Notes: a model not told the origin generated them from the sequence alone. A stretch of DNA of 64,000 nucleotides from Deinococcales bacterium (GCA_043778225.1 JAYWGM010000072.1:1-64000), one strand, 5' to 3'. Shown: positions 1 to 10,841, numbered from the stretch's first letter. Made by a program: numbers and translations.

Positions 1-106
1 GGTCAAACTGTCACTCAAGCGTTAATTCGGTCTTTTATCACTCCTTTTAGTCGGTTAATCAGTCAAAATACACGACTGATTAACATAACTTGGTATTACA
101 AGTCAG
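1..106 (-). repeat. Dispersed hairpin-containing repeat (MITE-like), inverted copy of 5303-5412, truncated by window start
   Basis: Reverse complement of 1-85 aligns with 5329-5412; 11-bp stem gttaatcagtc/gactgattaac at 54-84. Confidence 0.75.
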
Positions 107-263
107 AATATATTTTTTAGGGTCTTAAAAGGGTCTTAAAGGTGACTCTGCTGGTCACTGCATTCTCGAAAGGGGTAGTCGGTGCTGGATTGTGTTTTCT
201 CGAGGTAAATAAAAATCCTGACCTTAAAACGTCGGGGTTACTCGAGCTTTTGGTGTTCAAGTC

Positions 264-1943
264 CTATAGCGCAAGGATTCCTAAGATGTTAAGCAGTCCA
301 GCGCCGCATTTATTGCTTGGACAGCTCTGAAAATTTGCTGTGCCAGATGGTATGGCAGTGCTGATTAGTTTTTGCTTAAAGGTTTCTGGGGTAATCGCCG
401 TTAAACCCGTGTTCTGGGCATAGTACAAACTGGCAGCCGCACTGACTTGTGGGGCGCTAAAAGATGTCCCCGAAAATACCCGTAAAGCGGTTGGACTTAA
501 CGATAACCCATTAGCGGCTAGGGACTGCACCACGCCGTTGGCACTGATGCTGACACTATTGGCTTGGCTCGAGAAATCCGAAGCCTTAAAAATAGTGGTG
601 GCTGGAATTTGTTCGACACTGGCAACCGATACCAAACCAGCAATGGCTTCAAAACTACCTTGAGTGGCGATACTGTGGTTAGCTGGAAAATTGGGTGGTT
701 TACTGACCACTAAGCCTTTATTGCCTGCCGAAGTGATAATGCTCATGCCTCGCGCACTGGCTTCGGTTAAGGCGCTAAACAGTAGGCTCGAGGGGTATTT
801 AGAGCCAAGGCTGAGGTTAATGACTTTGACTGGGTTGCTTCCTGTATTCAGACTGACAGCGTAGCAAACACCCAGCACCACGCTCGAGTTTCGGCAACGT
901 CCGGCTGCCCCTTCACAGGTTTTGATTGGCACAACCATTTTGTCCATTTGGGCGGTGTAAGCACTTGCCATTGGTGCAAAGGTTTTTAAGATTGTCGCGC
1001 CAATAATCCCAGCCACTGCCGTACCATGCCCAATGTTGCTCGAGGTGATTGGTGTGCCATCGGGGCTGCGTTCGGTGGCAAGGTCGGAAACATCGGTTAT
1101 TGTGCCTTCAGTGGTAAAATTTCGAGCGGCGGCAGTATCTATAAAATTCCCTCCGCTTGGAATGGCAAAAATTGGATGTGGGCTAACCCCAGAATCTAGG
1201 ACTGCCACTCGAGCGGTGCTTAAATCGGTGGGAATAGCGGCTGGGCGCACAGAAGGAGCGGACTCGAGGGATGGCATTTGGCTTAACCCAGCGCTTGGTT
1301 CATCGGCGACGTACTCGGCATTTAAGTCAAAACCCACATCAGCCTCGAGTGTCTCTAGACTTTTTTGGAGTGTATTTAAGCCCTCTATGACTGAACGATT
1401 GACCTTATTATCAGAAAGCAAAGCAATTGCTTGACCACATACACTGTTGCTGTTTGGTACAAACGGTTCTTGGGTTTGGGTGACACTAAAATCAGCATTG
1501 GCAATGGCGGCTAGAACTGCCACACGGTTGGCATTGGGCTTAAATGCCAATACACCACGCCCACCAAGGATGTACTGATTTCGCGTTGCCAGCGTGCCAT
1601 AATCAGCATTGGCAAAAATATCATTGGTCTCGAGAACGGTAATGCCAGCTTGGGCTGTGGCGCTTGCACTGGCGTTATTAACTTGTACGGTGTACGAACC
1701 GCTTGGTAGAGCGCTTAGAATTTTGACTTTGACAAAAGTGCCGTTCGGGTCGGTTTCGAGAATCTGGGTAGTTTGCCCAGCAATCAGCACCGATAGCGGA
1801 AATAGCTGTTGACCTTCGATTAAAAATTCAGTGCTGCTGCTTGAAACGAGGGTACTCGGACGTAATTTTGGTGCAAGATTGACGACTGGTCTGATGCAAG
1901 CACTCAAGCCAAGCATCAGGAAAACCCAAATAATTTTTTTCAT
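264..1943 (-). CDS. S8 (subtilisin) family serine peptidase, lipoprotein
   Basis: Lipobox LSAC; catalytic motifs VLDSGV, GHGTAVAG, GTSFSAP; oxyanion motif SAGN. Confidence 0.9.
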   Translation of the reverse strand: MKKIIWVFLMLGLSACIRPVVNLAPKLRPSTLVSSSSTEFLIEGQQLFPLSVLIAGQTTQILETDPNGTFVKVKILSALPSGSYTVQVNNASASATAQAGITVLETNDIFANADYGTLATRNQYILGGRGVLAFKPNANRVAVLAAIANADFSVTQTQEPFVPNSNSVCGQAIALLSDNKVNRSVIEGLNTLQKSLETLEADVGFDLNAEYVADEPSAGLSQMPSLESAPSVRPAAIPTDLSTARVAVLDSGVSPHPIFAIPSGGNFIDTAAARNFTTEGTITDVSDLATERSPDGTPITSSNIGHGTAVAGIIGATILKTFAPMASAYTAQMDKMVVPIKTCEGAAGRCRNSSVVLGVCYAVSLNTGSNPVKVINLSLGSKYPSSLLFSALTEASARGMSIITSAGNKGLVVSKPPNFPANHSIATQGSFEAIAGLVSVASVEQIPATTIFKASDFSSQANSVSISANGVVQSLAANGLSLSPTALRVFSGTSFSAPQVSAAASLYYAQNTGLTAITPETFKQKLISTAIPSGTANFQSCPSNKCGAGLLNILGILAL

Positions 1944-1973
1944 ATCTTCTCCATTACAGCAAAAAACCTGCGT

Positions 1974-4709
1974 TTAAGAGCGCAGTGACTCGAGTTTAGC
2001 AGTGACCTCGGCTAGGTTATCATAAAAATTTTGGCGGACTGGTAATTGACTGAGTTTTAACGTCTCAATCGCCTTTTCGTAATACTCAGAGGCTACTTGA
2101 AACTGCCCAAGTTGAAAGTAAGTTACGCCCAGATTGTTAAAAGCAATGGCAATACCCGTTGGATTCTCAAACCGTTGTTGAAGTGCCAAACTACGTTCTT
2201 GAAACTCGAGAGCGGTCGCAAATTGTTTTTGCTGTCCGTAGTGCATACCAAGGTTAGTCAAGGCTCTAGAAACACCATGGAGATCGCTATTGGTTTCACG
2301 TAAGTACAGACATTCAAGTAAATGTTTTTCGGCTTTGGCATCATTTAAGGCAGCGTAGACTAAGCCCAGCCCACCAAGAGAATCGGCAAGTTTAATTTGG
2401 TCGCCAAGGACTCGCCGAATCCGTTGGGCTTTTTTGTAATACTCGAGCGCACTTGAGTAGTTTTTGTTGTTGTACTCGAGCGAACCCAGTAAATTATAGG
2501 TCTGGCTGATGGCATTTTGAGCCGCACTGGTGGCAATGCCCGAAAGTAAACCAAGGGCTGTTTCCAATAACGTTTGAGACTGCCCAAAATCACGGTACTC
2601 GCGTTGTAAAATCCAGACTCGGGTATTGAGTAATCTGGCTTGCAGCACAGGTTCTAAAATAGCAGTGATGCTTTGGGCAGTCTCGAGTTCTTCGAGGGCT
2701 TCTTGATAACGACCAAAACTTTCTAAGGTATTGGCGGTTTCTAAAAACACCTCGGCTCGAGCTTCTGGGGTTCGGGCAATACCTAAACTGCGTTCTAACC
2801 AGACTTGGGCAAGTGCTAAATCGCCGCGTTGGGTTTGGATTTGAGCTAACTCAAGAAAGGTATGATAAGCGTTTAATTCATCGCCTTCATCCCAAACACT
2901 GCGGGCTTGCCAATAATGCCGTGCGCTGTTGTGGTTTTTAATTTGGGCAGCCCGAAAATGCAGTAAACTGCGCCGCGAAGCCGAGATGTCTTGGTCTAAG
3001 ACCTCGCGCACAATATCGTGAACAAAACCAATCTGTGTGCCATTTTGGGTTATCAACATGGCGTGCCTTAATTCCTCAAGTGCCGCGTTTAATTCGTCCA
3101 GCGAACGCCCCGAAATCGTGCGTAGGGCTGCCACGGTTGCCAGATGGTCGTGGATACACAGCGCCTCGAGAACTTGCTTTGCGGGTTGGCTCAGGTTTTG
3201 TAAGCGTGAACGCACCATTTCTGCGGTTTTGTTTTGCGAATCTGGCGCAAAACGCAACAATTCCAAGACAAAAAAAGCATTGCCACCCGAACGTTTTTGT
3301 AAAGTCGCAAGGTCTGTGTCAGCGCCAATCAGGCGAGCCAATTGGATCATGGCTGTTTCGGATAAGGCATTCAAAGTCAAGAATTTCGCCTGATGGGCTT
3401 CAAGGACTGCTTTGAGGTTACTGCGCGGTGTTTCGGTATTTCGTTGGGTGATCAGTAAACGTAGGTCAGCCACTGGGCGCTCGAGTAAAAAAAGCAGAAA
3501 TTCAAGACTGCTCGAGTCCAACCATTGGGCATCATCAAGCAGTAGTAGGCTTACTTTACAATTGGTCAGTAAAATCTTGATGGCTTGAAACAAAACAATT
3601 CGCTGACTCGAGAAACGCGACTCGAGCAAACTGCTTAAAATAGCTTTTTCGGTTGCCGCCAAAACACTTAGGGCATCAGGGAAATCTGCCAAGCACTGCT
3701 CTACCAACATTTCGAGCAGCCTAAAACCAAGGCTTTCTTGGTGACAGGTTAAGCAGATTGTATAACCTGAAGTAAACCGCCTCGCCTCAAGTGCCAAACG
3801 TGTTTTTCCTGCACCCGGCTCACCCAAAATAATAGCCGTTTGACCTGCTTGTAAAAAACCAAGAATCTGCTCGAGTTCTGATTCACGCCCAATCAGGGCT
3901 AACTCGGTGGCGGCAACTGGTGCTGCCGTAGCAGCACCTAATTCGAGTTGCAAAGCCTTTTTACAGACTTCTGGTTGTTCTGAGCGAATTATTGCGAGAG
4001 CATTGAGGGTGCGCTGGCTTGGTTCAACACCAAGCTCCTCGAGCAATAGTTTGCTGATTTGACTAAAGACCAAAACACCTTGGTCAGCCTGCCCAATTGC
4101 CCCAAATGCCAACATCAAATGTCTAGCTGCATCCTCGAATGGGTCGCTATCAAGTGTTTGACTGACGGAAAGAAAAGTAATTGCCGTCTTATAATTCCCA
4201 AGCCGAAGTTCTTGTACACCAAGCCGCGCCGCAAATTCTCGGCGCTCTAAAATCAAGGCTTCACGGGTGGTTAATAGCCAATCTTCAAATTCTTCCCCCA
4301 AGCCCATTTCCCAATCGGTTAAGCGCAAGCCCGTTAAAAACGCACCACGCCACAAATCCCAAACGGTACTATCCAAAGTTGCCATACCAGCCCTAAACTC
4401 GAGAACATCGCAAGAAAAACCAGTTTGCAAAGCAAAAAAATCTTGATTTGTATCCATCACACCCTTACCCAAGGCTTTCTCGAGGGTATGACGCGCCACC
4501 GAAAGGTTATTGAGTGCATTGGGGGCTTCTGACCAAAGAATTTTACCAAGCTCACGCCGTGCAATTCGCCCACGCAAAGCCGTAATCGCTAAAATTGCAA
4601 GCGGTTTAACCCCTAGTTTTATTGCTTGAGAACTCAGTAAAACACGGGCTGTACCCAGCAACTCGAGTCTCAAATGCGATACGGCAGTGCTGTGGTCTAA
4701 AACTTGCAT
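1974..4709 (-). CDS. SARP-like regulator: wHTH-BTAD + AAA ATPase + TPR
   Basis: LELLG start, W-RG-FL BTAD motif, IGRESEL, Walker A GEPGAGKT, Walker B LLLLDDAQW, C-terminal TPR repeats. Confidence 0.85.
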   Translation of the reverse strand: MQVLDHSTAVSHLRLELLGTARVLLSSQAIKLGVKPLAILAITALRGRIARRELGKILWSEAPNALNNLSVARHTLEKALGKGVMDTNQDFFALQTGFSCDVLEFRAGMATLDSTVWDLWRGAFLTGLRLTDWEMGLGEEFEDWLLTTREALILERREFAARLGVQELRLGNYKTAITFLSVSQTLDSDPFEDAARHLMLAFGAIGQADQGVLVFSQISKLLLEELGVEPSQRTLNALAIIRSEQPEVCKKALQLELGAATAAPVAATELALIGRESELEQILGFLQAGQTAIILGEPGAGKTRLALEARRFTSGYTICLTCHQESLGFRLLEMLVEQCLADFPDALSVLAATEKAILSSLLESRFSSQRIVLFQAIKILLTNCKVSLLLLDDAQWLDSSSLEFLLFLLERPVADLRLLITQRNTETPRSNLKAVLEAHQAKFLTLNALSETAMIQLARLIGADTDLATLQKRSGGNAFFVLELLRFAPDSQNKTAEMVRSRLQNLSQPAKQVLEALCIHDHLATVAALRTISGRSLDELNAALEELRHAMLITQNGTQIGFVHDIVREVLDQDISASRRSLLHFRAAQIKNHNSARHYWQARSVWDEGDELNAYHTFLELAQIQTQRGDLALAQVWLERSLGIARTPEARAEVFLETANTLESFGRYQEALEELETAQSITAILEPVLQARLLNTRVWILQREYRDFGQSQTLLETALGLLSGIATSAAQNAISQTYNLLGSLEYNNKNYSSALEYYKKAQRIRRVLGDQIKLADSLGGLGLVYAALNDAKAEKHLLECLYLRETNSDLHGVSRALTNLGMHYGQQKQFATALEFQERSLALQQRFENPTGIAIAFNNLGVTYFQLGQFQVASEYYEKAIETLKLSQLPVRQNFYDNLAEVTAKLESLRS

Positions 4710-4831
4710 CTGATTCGATCATGACATATTTTATGCAACTAAAACCATATGGACTCGAGATGTACAAAGCCAAGTTTGATTTTTCAAAGTGTGAGTAGAA
4801 ATAAAGTACAAAATATAGTACAATTTAAGGT

Positions 4832-5110
4832 ATGCCTGTTCTCGATTATCAGCAAGATATTGTGCCACTGTCCGAGTTTCGCTCGAGTACCGCCAGTGTG
4901 CTGCAACGTGTTCAAAACACCGATGCAACCATTATCCTGACTCAAAATGGTCGGGCTGCCGCCGCGCTTTTAAGCATCGCTGAGTATCAACGTTTAACTT
5001 CTGAACTCGAGGAGTTGCGTTCTATGGCTCATGGTTTAGCCGATGCTTTACAGGGCAAAACCGTGCCGCATAAAACCGTTCAGCAAAAACTAAAGGGTTC
5101 GCGCCAATGA
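4832..5110 (+). CDS. Phd/YefM family antitoxin
   Basis: PLSEFR...IILTQNGRAAAALLSIAEY pattern; overlaps toxin start (ATGA). Confidence 0.85.
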   Translation: MPVLDYQQDIVPLSEFRSSTASVLQRVQNTDATIILTQNGRAAAALLSIAEYQRLTSELEELRSMAHGLADALQGKTVPHKTVQQKLKGSRQ

Positions 5111-5520
5111 TTGAGTGGAGTGTCGGTGCAGAACAACAGGTTTATGAAATTCGTCTTGGATTTTATACCGATGCCGCCCTTGAAAAATTCGATTCTGAAC
5201 TCGAGCAGGCTTTAGAACAACTCGATCTGTTTCCCGAATCGGCTGGTATGAACACGACTTTGTATCGCCAAGATTTACGTTCAATAACAGTAGGTGATTA
5301 CCGTCTGACAGTCTTATAAGAAATTAAGTTAATCAGTCGCGTATTTTGACTGATTAACCGACTAACAGGAGTAATAACGATACCAAATTTACGCATGAAC
5401 GACAGTTTGACCTGCTTTTGGTCAAACGAGAGTGATTAAGTTGATTTGGTATTATTGCTTGAGGAAAGAATTCTAATTTTCTCGATTATCCATCTTCGGT
5501 CTAGTGCTGCCTTTGATTGA
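5107..5520 (+). pseudogene. RelE/ParE family toxin interrupted by a ~130-bp repeat insertion
   Basis: N-part (FPESAG..LRSITVGDYRL) stops at 5319; same frame resumes ~5440 as VDLVLLLEERILIFSIIHLRSSAAFD* ending 5520. Confidence 0.65.
5303..5445 (+). mobile_element. MITE-like element with two hairpins
   Basis: Stems 5328-5338/5348-5358 and 5405-5412/5420-5427; second copy at 1-106; splits toxin gene. Confidence 0.6.
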
Positions 5521-5537
5521 TGCGGTACAATCTCGCC

Positions 5538-6809
5538 ATGCTAGACATCAAATTTATTCGTGAATTCCCAGACCTTGTGCGTGAGGCGATTGCCAAAAAA
5601 CATTTGAACCTCAACTTAGACCAATTACTGGCGCTCGACTCGAGCATTATGGCAAAAAAACGCCAAACCGAAGATTTCCAAGCCGAAGCCAACCGCGTCG
5701 CCAAAGAAATTCCCAAAGCCAGCCCTGAGACAAGGGGCGATTTAATTCTGCGCGGTAAGGACTCAAAAGCTGCCCTGACCACCCTCGAGCCAGAATTGCG
5801 CGAACTCGAGGCGCAACTTAAAACCCTGATGTATGCCGTGCCGCAAATTCCGTGGGAGGGCGCACCAGTTGGACCAGACGAACACTCAAACCTCGAGACC
5901 TTAAAAATTGGTGTGCCTCGAGAATTTGATTTTACGCCTTTAGACCACGTAGCCCTGCTCGAGAAGAATCGTTGGGCAGAAACCGAGCGGATGGCACGTA
6001 TTGCAGGGACTCGTTCGTACAGTTTGCGGGGCGATTTGGCGTTGCTCGAGATGAGTGTGTTGCGTTTTGCAGTGGATTTTATGGTGCAGCGCAATTTTGA
6101 GTTAATTACTGTGCCTAGTTACGCCCGAGAAGAAGCCTTTTATGCCCACGGACAATTCCCCAGCGCTCGAGACCAAGTGTATGCCGTAAACGGCGAAGAC
6201 CGCTTTTTGGCAGGAACTGCCGAGGTACTGCTGAACAGCTTACACAGTGGCGAATTACTCGAGGAAACCGACCTGCCCAAAATGTACGTTTCGATTTCGC
6301 CATGTTTTCGTGCTGAGGCTGGCGCGGCTGGCAAAGACACGCGCGGTTTAACTCGAGTCCATCAGTTTAATAAGGTTGAGCAGTATGTGCTTGCACCTAG
6401 CGACAAAAATAAATCCGACGAGTTATTTGAAACCATGCTCGGTAATAGCCGTTCCATTCTCGAGGCGCTGGAATTGCCGTATCGTTTACTCGAGACCAGC
6501 ACGGGCGATATGGGGACTGGCAAATACCGCATGGTAGATGTCGAAAGCTGGGTGGTCTCGGAAAATCGTTACCGCGAAACACATTCTTGCAGTGCGCTGC
6601 ACGATTGGCAAGCCCGACGCGCCAATTTGCGTTACCGCGACAGCAGTGGCAAACCGCGTTTTTGTTTTACGCTCAATAACACCGCCCTTGCGACCCCCAG
6701 AATTTTAGTGATGCTGCTCGAGAATCACCAGAATGTTGATGGCACAGTCAATATCCCAGCCGTGTTGCAACCATACATGAATAAGAAAATTCTCGAGCCA
6801 AGCAAATGA
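5538..6809 (+). CDS. serS: Serine--tRNA ligase
   Basis: MLDIKFIRE start, LAGTAE, CFRAEAG, GLTRVHQFNKVEQ, ETHSCS, TLNNTALATPR; TACAAT 5526-5531 just upstream of ATG. Confidence 0.97.
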   Translation: MLDIKFIREFPDLVREAIAKKHLNLNLDQLLALDSSIMAKKRQTEDFQAEANRVAKEIPKASPETRGDLILRGKDSKAALTTLEPELRELEAQLKTLMYAVPQIPWEGAPVGPDEHSNLETLKIGVPREFDFTPLDHVALLEKNRWAETERMARIAGTRSYSLRGDLALLEMSVLRFAVDFMVQRNFELITVPSYAREEAFYAHGQFPSARDQVYAVNGEDRFLAGTAEVLLNSLHSGELLEETDLPKMYVSISPCFRAEAGAAGKDTRGLTRVHQFNKVEQYVLAPSDKNKSDELFETMLGNSRSILEALELPYRLLETSTGDMGTGKYRMVDVESWVVSENRYRETHSCSALHDWQARRANLRYRDSSGKPRFCFTLNNTALATPRILVMLLENHQNVDGTVNIPAVLQPYMNKKILEPSK

Positions 6810-6848
6810 TTTCAACCTTTCTTCAGAATCGTAGGGCATAATTAGGTC

Positions 6849-7598
6849 ATGACTACTCGAGCTTGGAAATGGGCGAATCTCATTACTTTTATTGCCACCA
6901 TCGGCATGAATGCGGCGGCGATAACCTTGCCACTGGCGGGACGTAAAACCCAAGATGTCTCGGCAATGTTCGAGCATTTGTTTACACCAGCCAATTTTAC
7001 TTTTAGTGTCTGGAGCGTGATTTACACCCTACTTTTTGTCAATGCGATCGACAGTTTGCGGCGTTCGGACAACGAAGACCCACACATTGGGAAGGCTCGA
7101 GTTGCACTGATTGGGGCGAATATCCTCAATTTTGTGTGGCTGGTTTTTTGGCATAATCTGCTGCTTGGTTTAGCCTTCCCAACCATGCTTGGAATTTTGG
7201 GCTGTTTAATCTATGCCTTTATCAAACTCGAGCCTGTGACTTTAAGCGGCTGGGCTGCCATCACGCAACGCGCTCCGATTGCTGCGTATTTGGGCTGGAT
7301 TGCGGTGGCAACGATTGCCAATGCTGGCAATACGCTCGTCTGGCTTGGTGTTTCTGGTGGTCTCGAGCCGAGTGCTTGGGCGATGCTGTTGGCATTGGTC
7401 GCGGCTGGTATTGCTGCTTTTTTAGCAAGGTTTCATGGTGGGGCTGCCTTTTGTGCAACACTGGCGTGGGGTTTATGGGGCGTGATTAGCCGTCCGAGCG
7501 ATGGCTTGGCACTGATTGGGCTGTATCTTGGGCTGGCATTGATTGCCTTGGTGGTCTCAAGCCGTTGGTGGTACAAAGCACCTGCACCACTGATTTAA
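6849..7598 (+). CDS. Tryptophan-rich sensory protein (TspO/MBR-like) membrane protein
   Basis: FTPANFTFSVWSVIY and YLGWIAVATIAN motifs; multiple TM helices. Confidence 0.7.
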   Translation: MTTRAWKWANLITFIATIGMNAAAITLPLAGRKTQDVSAMFEHLFTPANFTFSVWSVIYTLLFVNAIDSLRRSDNEDPHIGKARVALIGANILNFVWLVFWHNLLLGLAFPTMLGILGCLIYAFIKLEPVTLSGWAAITQRAPIAAYLGWIAVATIANAGNTLVWLGVSGGLEPSAWAMLLALVAAGIAAFLARFHGGAAFCATLAWGLWGVISRPSDGLALIGLYLGLALIALVVSSRWWYKAPAPLI

Positions 7599-8197
7599 GC
7601 TGTTTCTAACATATGACAAAAAATGCCAATAATTTGCTCGAGTTGGTCAAGATCGTAACGGCGGCTATCCACAAATAAAGTGCTGTGTTGCAAACACAAA
7701 AACTGCCAATTTTCACCTGTCGTGACAGCCCCAAAGACCTTCTCGAGTGCCTGTCCTTCGCGTTCATTAAAGACTCGAGCCGCCAACATTTCGGCACAGG
7801 CTTGAGCCAGTCCGTTCTTAAAGCTCTCATTCTTGGCTTCTACCACGCTAATAACGGGCGCAAGTAGCACCAACTGCTCTGGAGATTTGGAGAACAAAAA
7901 ATCGCACTCGCCATTTAAGCCTAAGCTCGAGTCCACCGTAAAATCAATGCCCGAAAAAAGCGAGAATCGTTTACCGAGTTGTTCGCGTATGTCGGCGAGA
8001 ATCGGTGCAATGATAAATTCACTGCGGGCTTTTTCGGTGGACAATGCCAATGCCAATGGGATTTTTTGCTCCAGCCAAGCTCTGAGTAAAACAGATGGCG
8101 CTCGAGGCGGCACATTGGCAAATAAATCCTGACCCTCCTCGAGCTTGAGGCTAAATTTTTTCAGGACTTCTTGTAAAGTAAAATTGCTGTATGCCAT
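7595..8197 (-). CDS. Conserved hypothetical protein, PD-(D/E)xK-like
   Basis: MAYSNFTL, TEKARSEFIIAPIL, G-CDF, VVEAK, GAVTTGENWQF. Confidence 0.65.
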   Translation of the reverse strand: MAYSNFTLQEVLKKFSLKLEEGQDLFANVPPRAPSVLLRAWLEQKIPLALALSTEKARSEFIIAPILADIREQLGKRFSLFSGIDFTVDSSLGLNGECDFLFSKSPEQLVLLAPVISVVEAKNESFKNGLAQACAEMLAARVFNEREGQALEKVFGAVTTGENWQFLCLQHSTLFVDSRRYDLDQLEQIIGIFCHMLETA

Positions 8198-8227
8198 TGA
8201 TGTAGTCTACACAACCAAAGATGAAAT

Positions 8228-9286
8228 TTACTTTGGAAATGCTCTGTCGTACTGCACCGCCCAGACATTTTCTTTGACCCCTAATGCTCGAGCCGCACCA
8301 TAAGCCCAGAAGGGATTAGCCAATAAAGCTCGAGCCAAAAACACCAAATCGGCTTGCTCCGAGCGCACAATCTGCTCGGCTTGTTGGGCATCGGTAATCA
8401 TGCCCACTGCACCTGTCGCCAGCCCCGTTTGGCGGCGCACCGTGGCAGCAAAGTCAACTTGAAAACCAGCCCCAAGCGCAATTTTGGCGTTGGGCAGACT
8501 GCCGCCGCTTGAGCAATCGAGTAAATCCACGCCAAGAATTTTAATTTCTCGAGCAAATTGTACGGTGTTATCGAGTGTCCAGCCACCTTCTGCCCAGTCG
8601 CTTGCCGAGATACGCACCAGCAGCGGCAAATGGTCTGGAATCACGGCTCGGACAGCTTTAATCACCTCGAGCGGAAAACGCATCCGGTTTTCTAAACTCC
8701 CGCCATACTGGTCGCTGCGCGTATTGGAAAATGGCGACAAAAACGAGTGCAGCAAGTACCCATGTGCCATATGCAATTCAAGCACTTCAAAACCAGCTTC
8801 TAAGGCTCGAGTTGTGGCTTTGACAAATGCAGTTTTAACCTGCTCGAGTTCATCAGTCTCGAGCGCCAAAGGCTCTGGGTAGGATGGCGAAAAACCAATC
8901 GCACTTGGCGCAACCGCTGTCCACGAAAAGGCTGGGTTAGCGGATTTCCACGGGCGGCTCGAGCCAGCCTTACGTCCAGCGTGCGCCAATTGAATACTTG
9001 GCACTGCACCGTTGGCTTTGATTTTGCTGGTTAGTTGTTTTAAGCCAACAATATGTTCGTCTGACCAAATGCCTAAATCCTCGGCAGAGATTCGCCCTCT
9101 GGCTTCAACGGCGGTGGCTTCGACCATAATCATGCCAACACCGCCCAAGGCTCGAGCCGGGTAATGCAGTAAATGCCACTCAGTCACAAAGCCATCTTCG
9201 GCAGAGTATTGGCACATCGGCGACATCACAATTCGGTTTTTGAGTGTCAAGCTGCGTAAAGTGAACGGCGAAAATAAAAGACTCAT
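8228..9286 (-). CDS. NADH:flavin oxidoreductase / old yellow enzyme (YqjM/NamA type)
   Basis: [46 protein letters not shown]; start trimmed to MSLLFSP. Confidence 0.92.
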   Translation of the reverse strand: MSLLFSPFTLRSLTLKNRIVMSPMCQYSAEDGFVTEWHLLHYPARALGGVGMIMVEATAVEARGRISAEDLGIWSDEHIVGLKQLTSKIKANGAVPSIQLAHAGRKAGSSRPWKSANPAFSWTAVAPSAIGFSPSYPEPLALETDELEQVKTAFVKATTRALEAGFEVLELHMAHGYLLHSFLSPFSNTRSDQYGGSLENRMRFPLEVIKAVRAVIPDHLPLLVRISASDWAEGGWTLDNTVQFAREIKILGVDLLDCSSGGSLPNAKIALGAGFQVDFAATVRRQTGLATGAVGMITDAQQAEQIVRSEQADLVFLARALLANPFWAYGAARALGVKENVWAVQYDRAFPK

Positions 9287-9371
9287 GGCTCGTATTTGAA
9301 CACGTGGCACGAGTCCAAGGCGGTTAGCTATACGACGCTTTTTGTGTAGTCCTAAGAACCTCGAGTACCGT

Positions 9372-9827
9372 TTACTCGTAAGTAATCTCGAGGATTTCAA
9401 TTTCGCGCCCTTTGACCATCACTTTTTTGCCAACTTTGTTGTCCATCAGGGCTGCACCCATGTCCGAAGCATCGGAGATTTTGCCTTTTTGTGGGTCGGC
9501 TTCGTGGGTACTGACAATGTTGAAAACCCGCTCTGTGCCATTCATACGAATTTTGACATTCGAGCCAAGCCCAACCTTTTTTTCATTAGCCACTTCTGCC
9601 ACAATTTCGGCTTTGGCAAGAATCCCCTCGAGTTGAAAAATGCGCGTCTCGAGTGTTCCCATTTTTTGGCGGGCATCATCGTATCCAGAATTTTCGGATA
9701 AATCGCCTTCTGCCATCACATCGGACATAAATGAACTGATTTCATCACGTCCTACGGTGCTTAAATGCTCGAGTTCGGCTTTGAGTTTGTCGTAGCCTTT
9801 TTGGGTCAATCTTATTTTTTCGCTCAT
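9372..9827 (-). CDS. greA: Transcription elongation factor GreA
   Basis: [38 protein letters not shown]. Confidence 0.88.
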   Translation of the reverse strand: MSEKIRLTQKGYDKLKAELEHLSTVGRDEISSFMSDVMAEGDLSENSGYDDARQKMGTLETRIFQLEGILAKAEIVAEVANEKKVGLGSNVKIRMNGTERVFNIVSTHEADPQKGKISDASDMGAALMDNKVGKKVMVKGREIEILEITYE

Positions 9828-9845
9828 GATTTTTTTTCCTTTGGC

Positions 9846-10832
9846 TTAGAGTTTCTTGGAAAGATTTTCGTCGTCCCTGACAAAGCCTTTGCCTTCTAAG
9901 TGAACATTTTCGATCACGCGCTCGTCCATCGTGGTGTTCTCGAGGGCGCTGGCAATAATATCAACATATTGTTTGAGTGGGGTGTTAATCACTTTTTTGG
10001 CTAGGGTTTCTTCAACCTGAAAAATTCCAGCGCTGTTGGTCATACGAACCCGAATTTCGATTGGTTTAACTTTACCTCGAGAAATCGTAACTTGTTCGAT
10101 TGATAAAGCCGAAACGCTATGAATATCTATCTTACCCAGTGCAAAGGCTTTTCGTCCGCGCCCTTTGGTGATGTCTGTACCGTCAGCCACAGCCGTAATG
10201 CCACCCTCGAGGGTTAAGGGCATCGGGTTGAGGTCATGGCAATTGATGCTGTGTAAAATAAATGCCCGCAGTTTGGTGCGTTGGGCAATACTTGGGTAAA
10301 CTGCGCCCAGCACCCGCTCGAGAATTGGCATTGCCAGCGCCACACCATGGGCTTCATGTCCAGCCCGATGGACTTGATTGCCCATGTCGTGCAGCATTGT
10401 ACCGAGCAAAACCACAAGGTAAGTATCGTCGGTATCGCCAGAGCCAGATTCAATCACATCGCCGCGCACTTTGGCTTCAAGCAATAAATCCAGCAGCGCC
10501 AGACTGGCTGCACCGGTCACAAAAGAATGCACCCGCCCGTGGTCGTTATAACCCAGTTTTCGCACCGTAATATAATTTGCCATGTCCCAATTGGCAAGCG
10601 CTTCTTCGTCCTTAATCAGCAATTCATAGGCTTGTAGGGCTTTGGGGTATTTCTCGAGGTCGCGGCGAATCGCTCGGTCGGCTTCTTGAATCAACTTGAC
10701 CCGAGGCGTAGCAAATTCAACCTCGCTACCTGGCGTAACATACTCGGGTAAAAGGTCGCCCGGTTGGGTGACTCGAGTCAGGTTGGCATCTTGTCCAGCT
10801 TGGATGTTCAGTTTAAGGCGTTCTCGGTTCAT
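9846..10832 (-). CDS. HD-domain phosphohydrolase
   Basis: YNDHGRVH, LHDMGN, H..AVADGTD motifs. Confidence 0.85.
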   Translation of the reverse strand: MNRERLKLNIQAGQDANLTRVTQPGDLLPEYVTPGSEVEFATPRVKLIQEADRAIRRDLEKYPKALQAYELLIKDEEALANWDMANYITVRKLGYNDHGRVHSFVTGAASLALLDLLLEAKVRGDVIESGSGDTDDTYLVVLLGTMLHDMGNQVHRAGHEAHGVALAMPILERVLGAVYPSIAQRTKLRAFILHSINCHDLNPMPLTLEGGITAVADGTDITKGRGRKAFALGKIDIHSVSALSIEQVTISRGKVKPIEIRVRMTNSAGIFQVEETLAKKVINTPLKQYVDIIASALENTTMDERVIENVHLEGKGFVRDDENLSKKL

Positions 10833-10841
10833 GAGGGCTAG

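Noticed and set aside
5303..5445. Integron attC site
   Set aside because: Lacks a single long imperfect palindrome with RYYYAAC/GTTRRRY ends; no integrase nearby.
9287..9400. N-terminal extensions in the ORF track (also aspS, kynB, HNH, ECF sigma, DUF2007)
   Set aside because: They overlap neighbouring genes or regulatory RNA; family-typical starts lie downstream.
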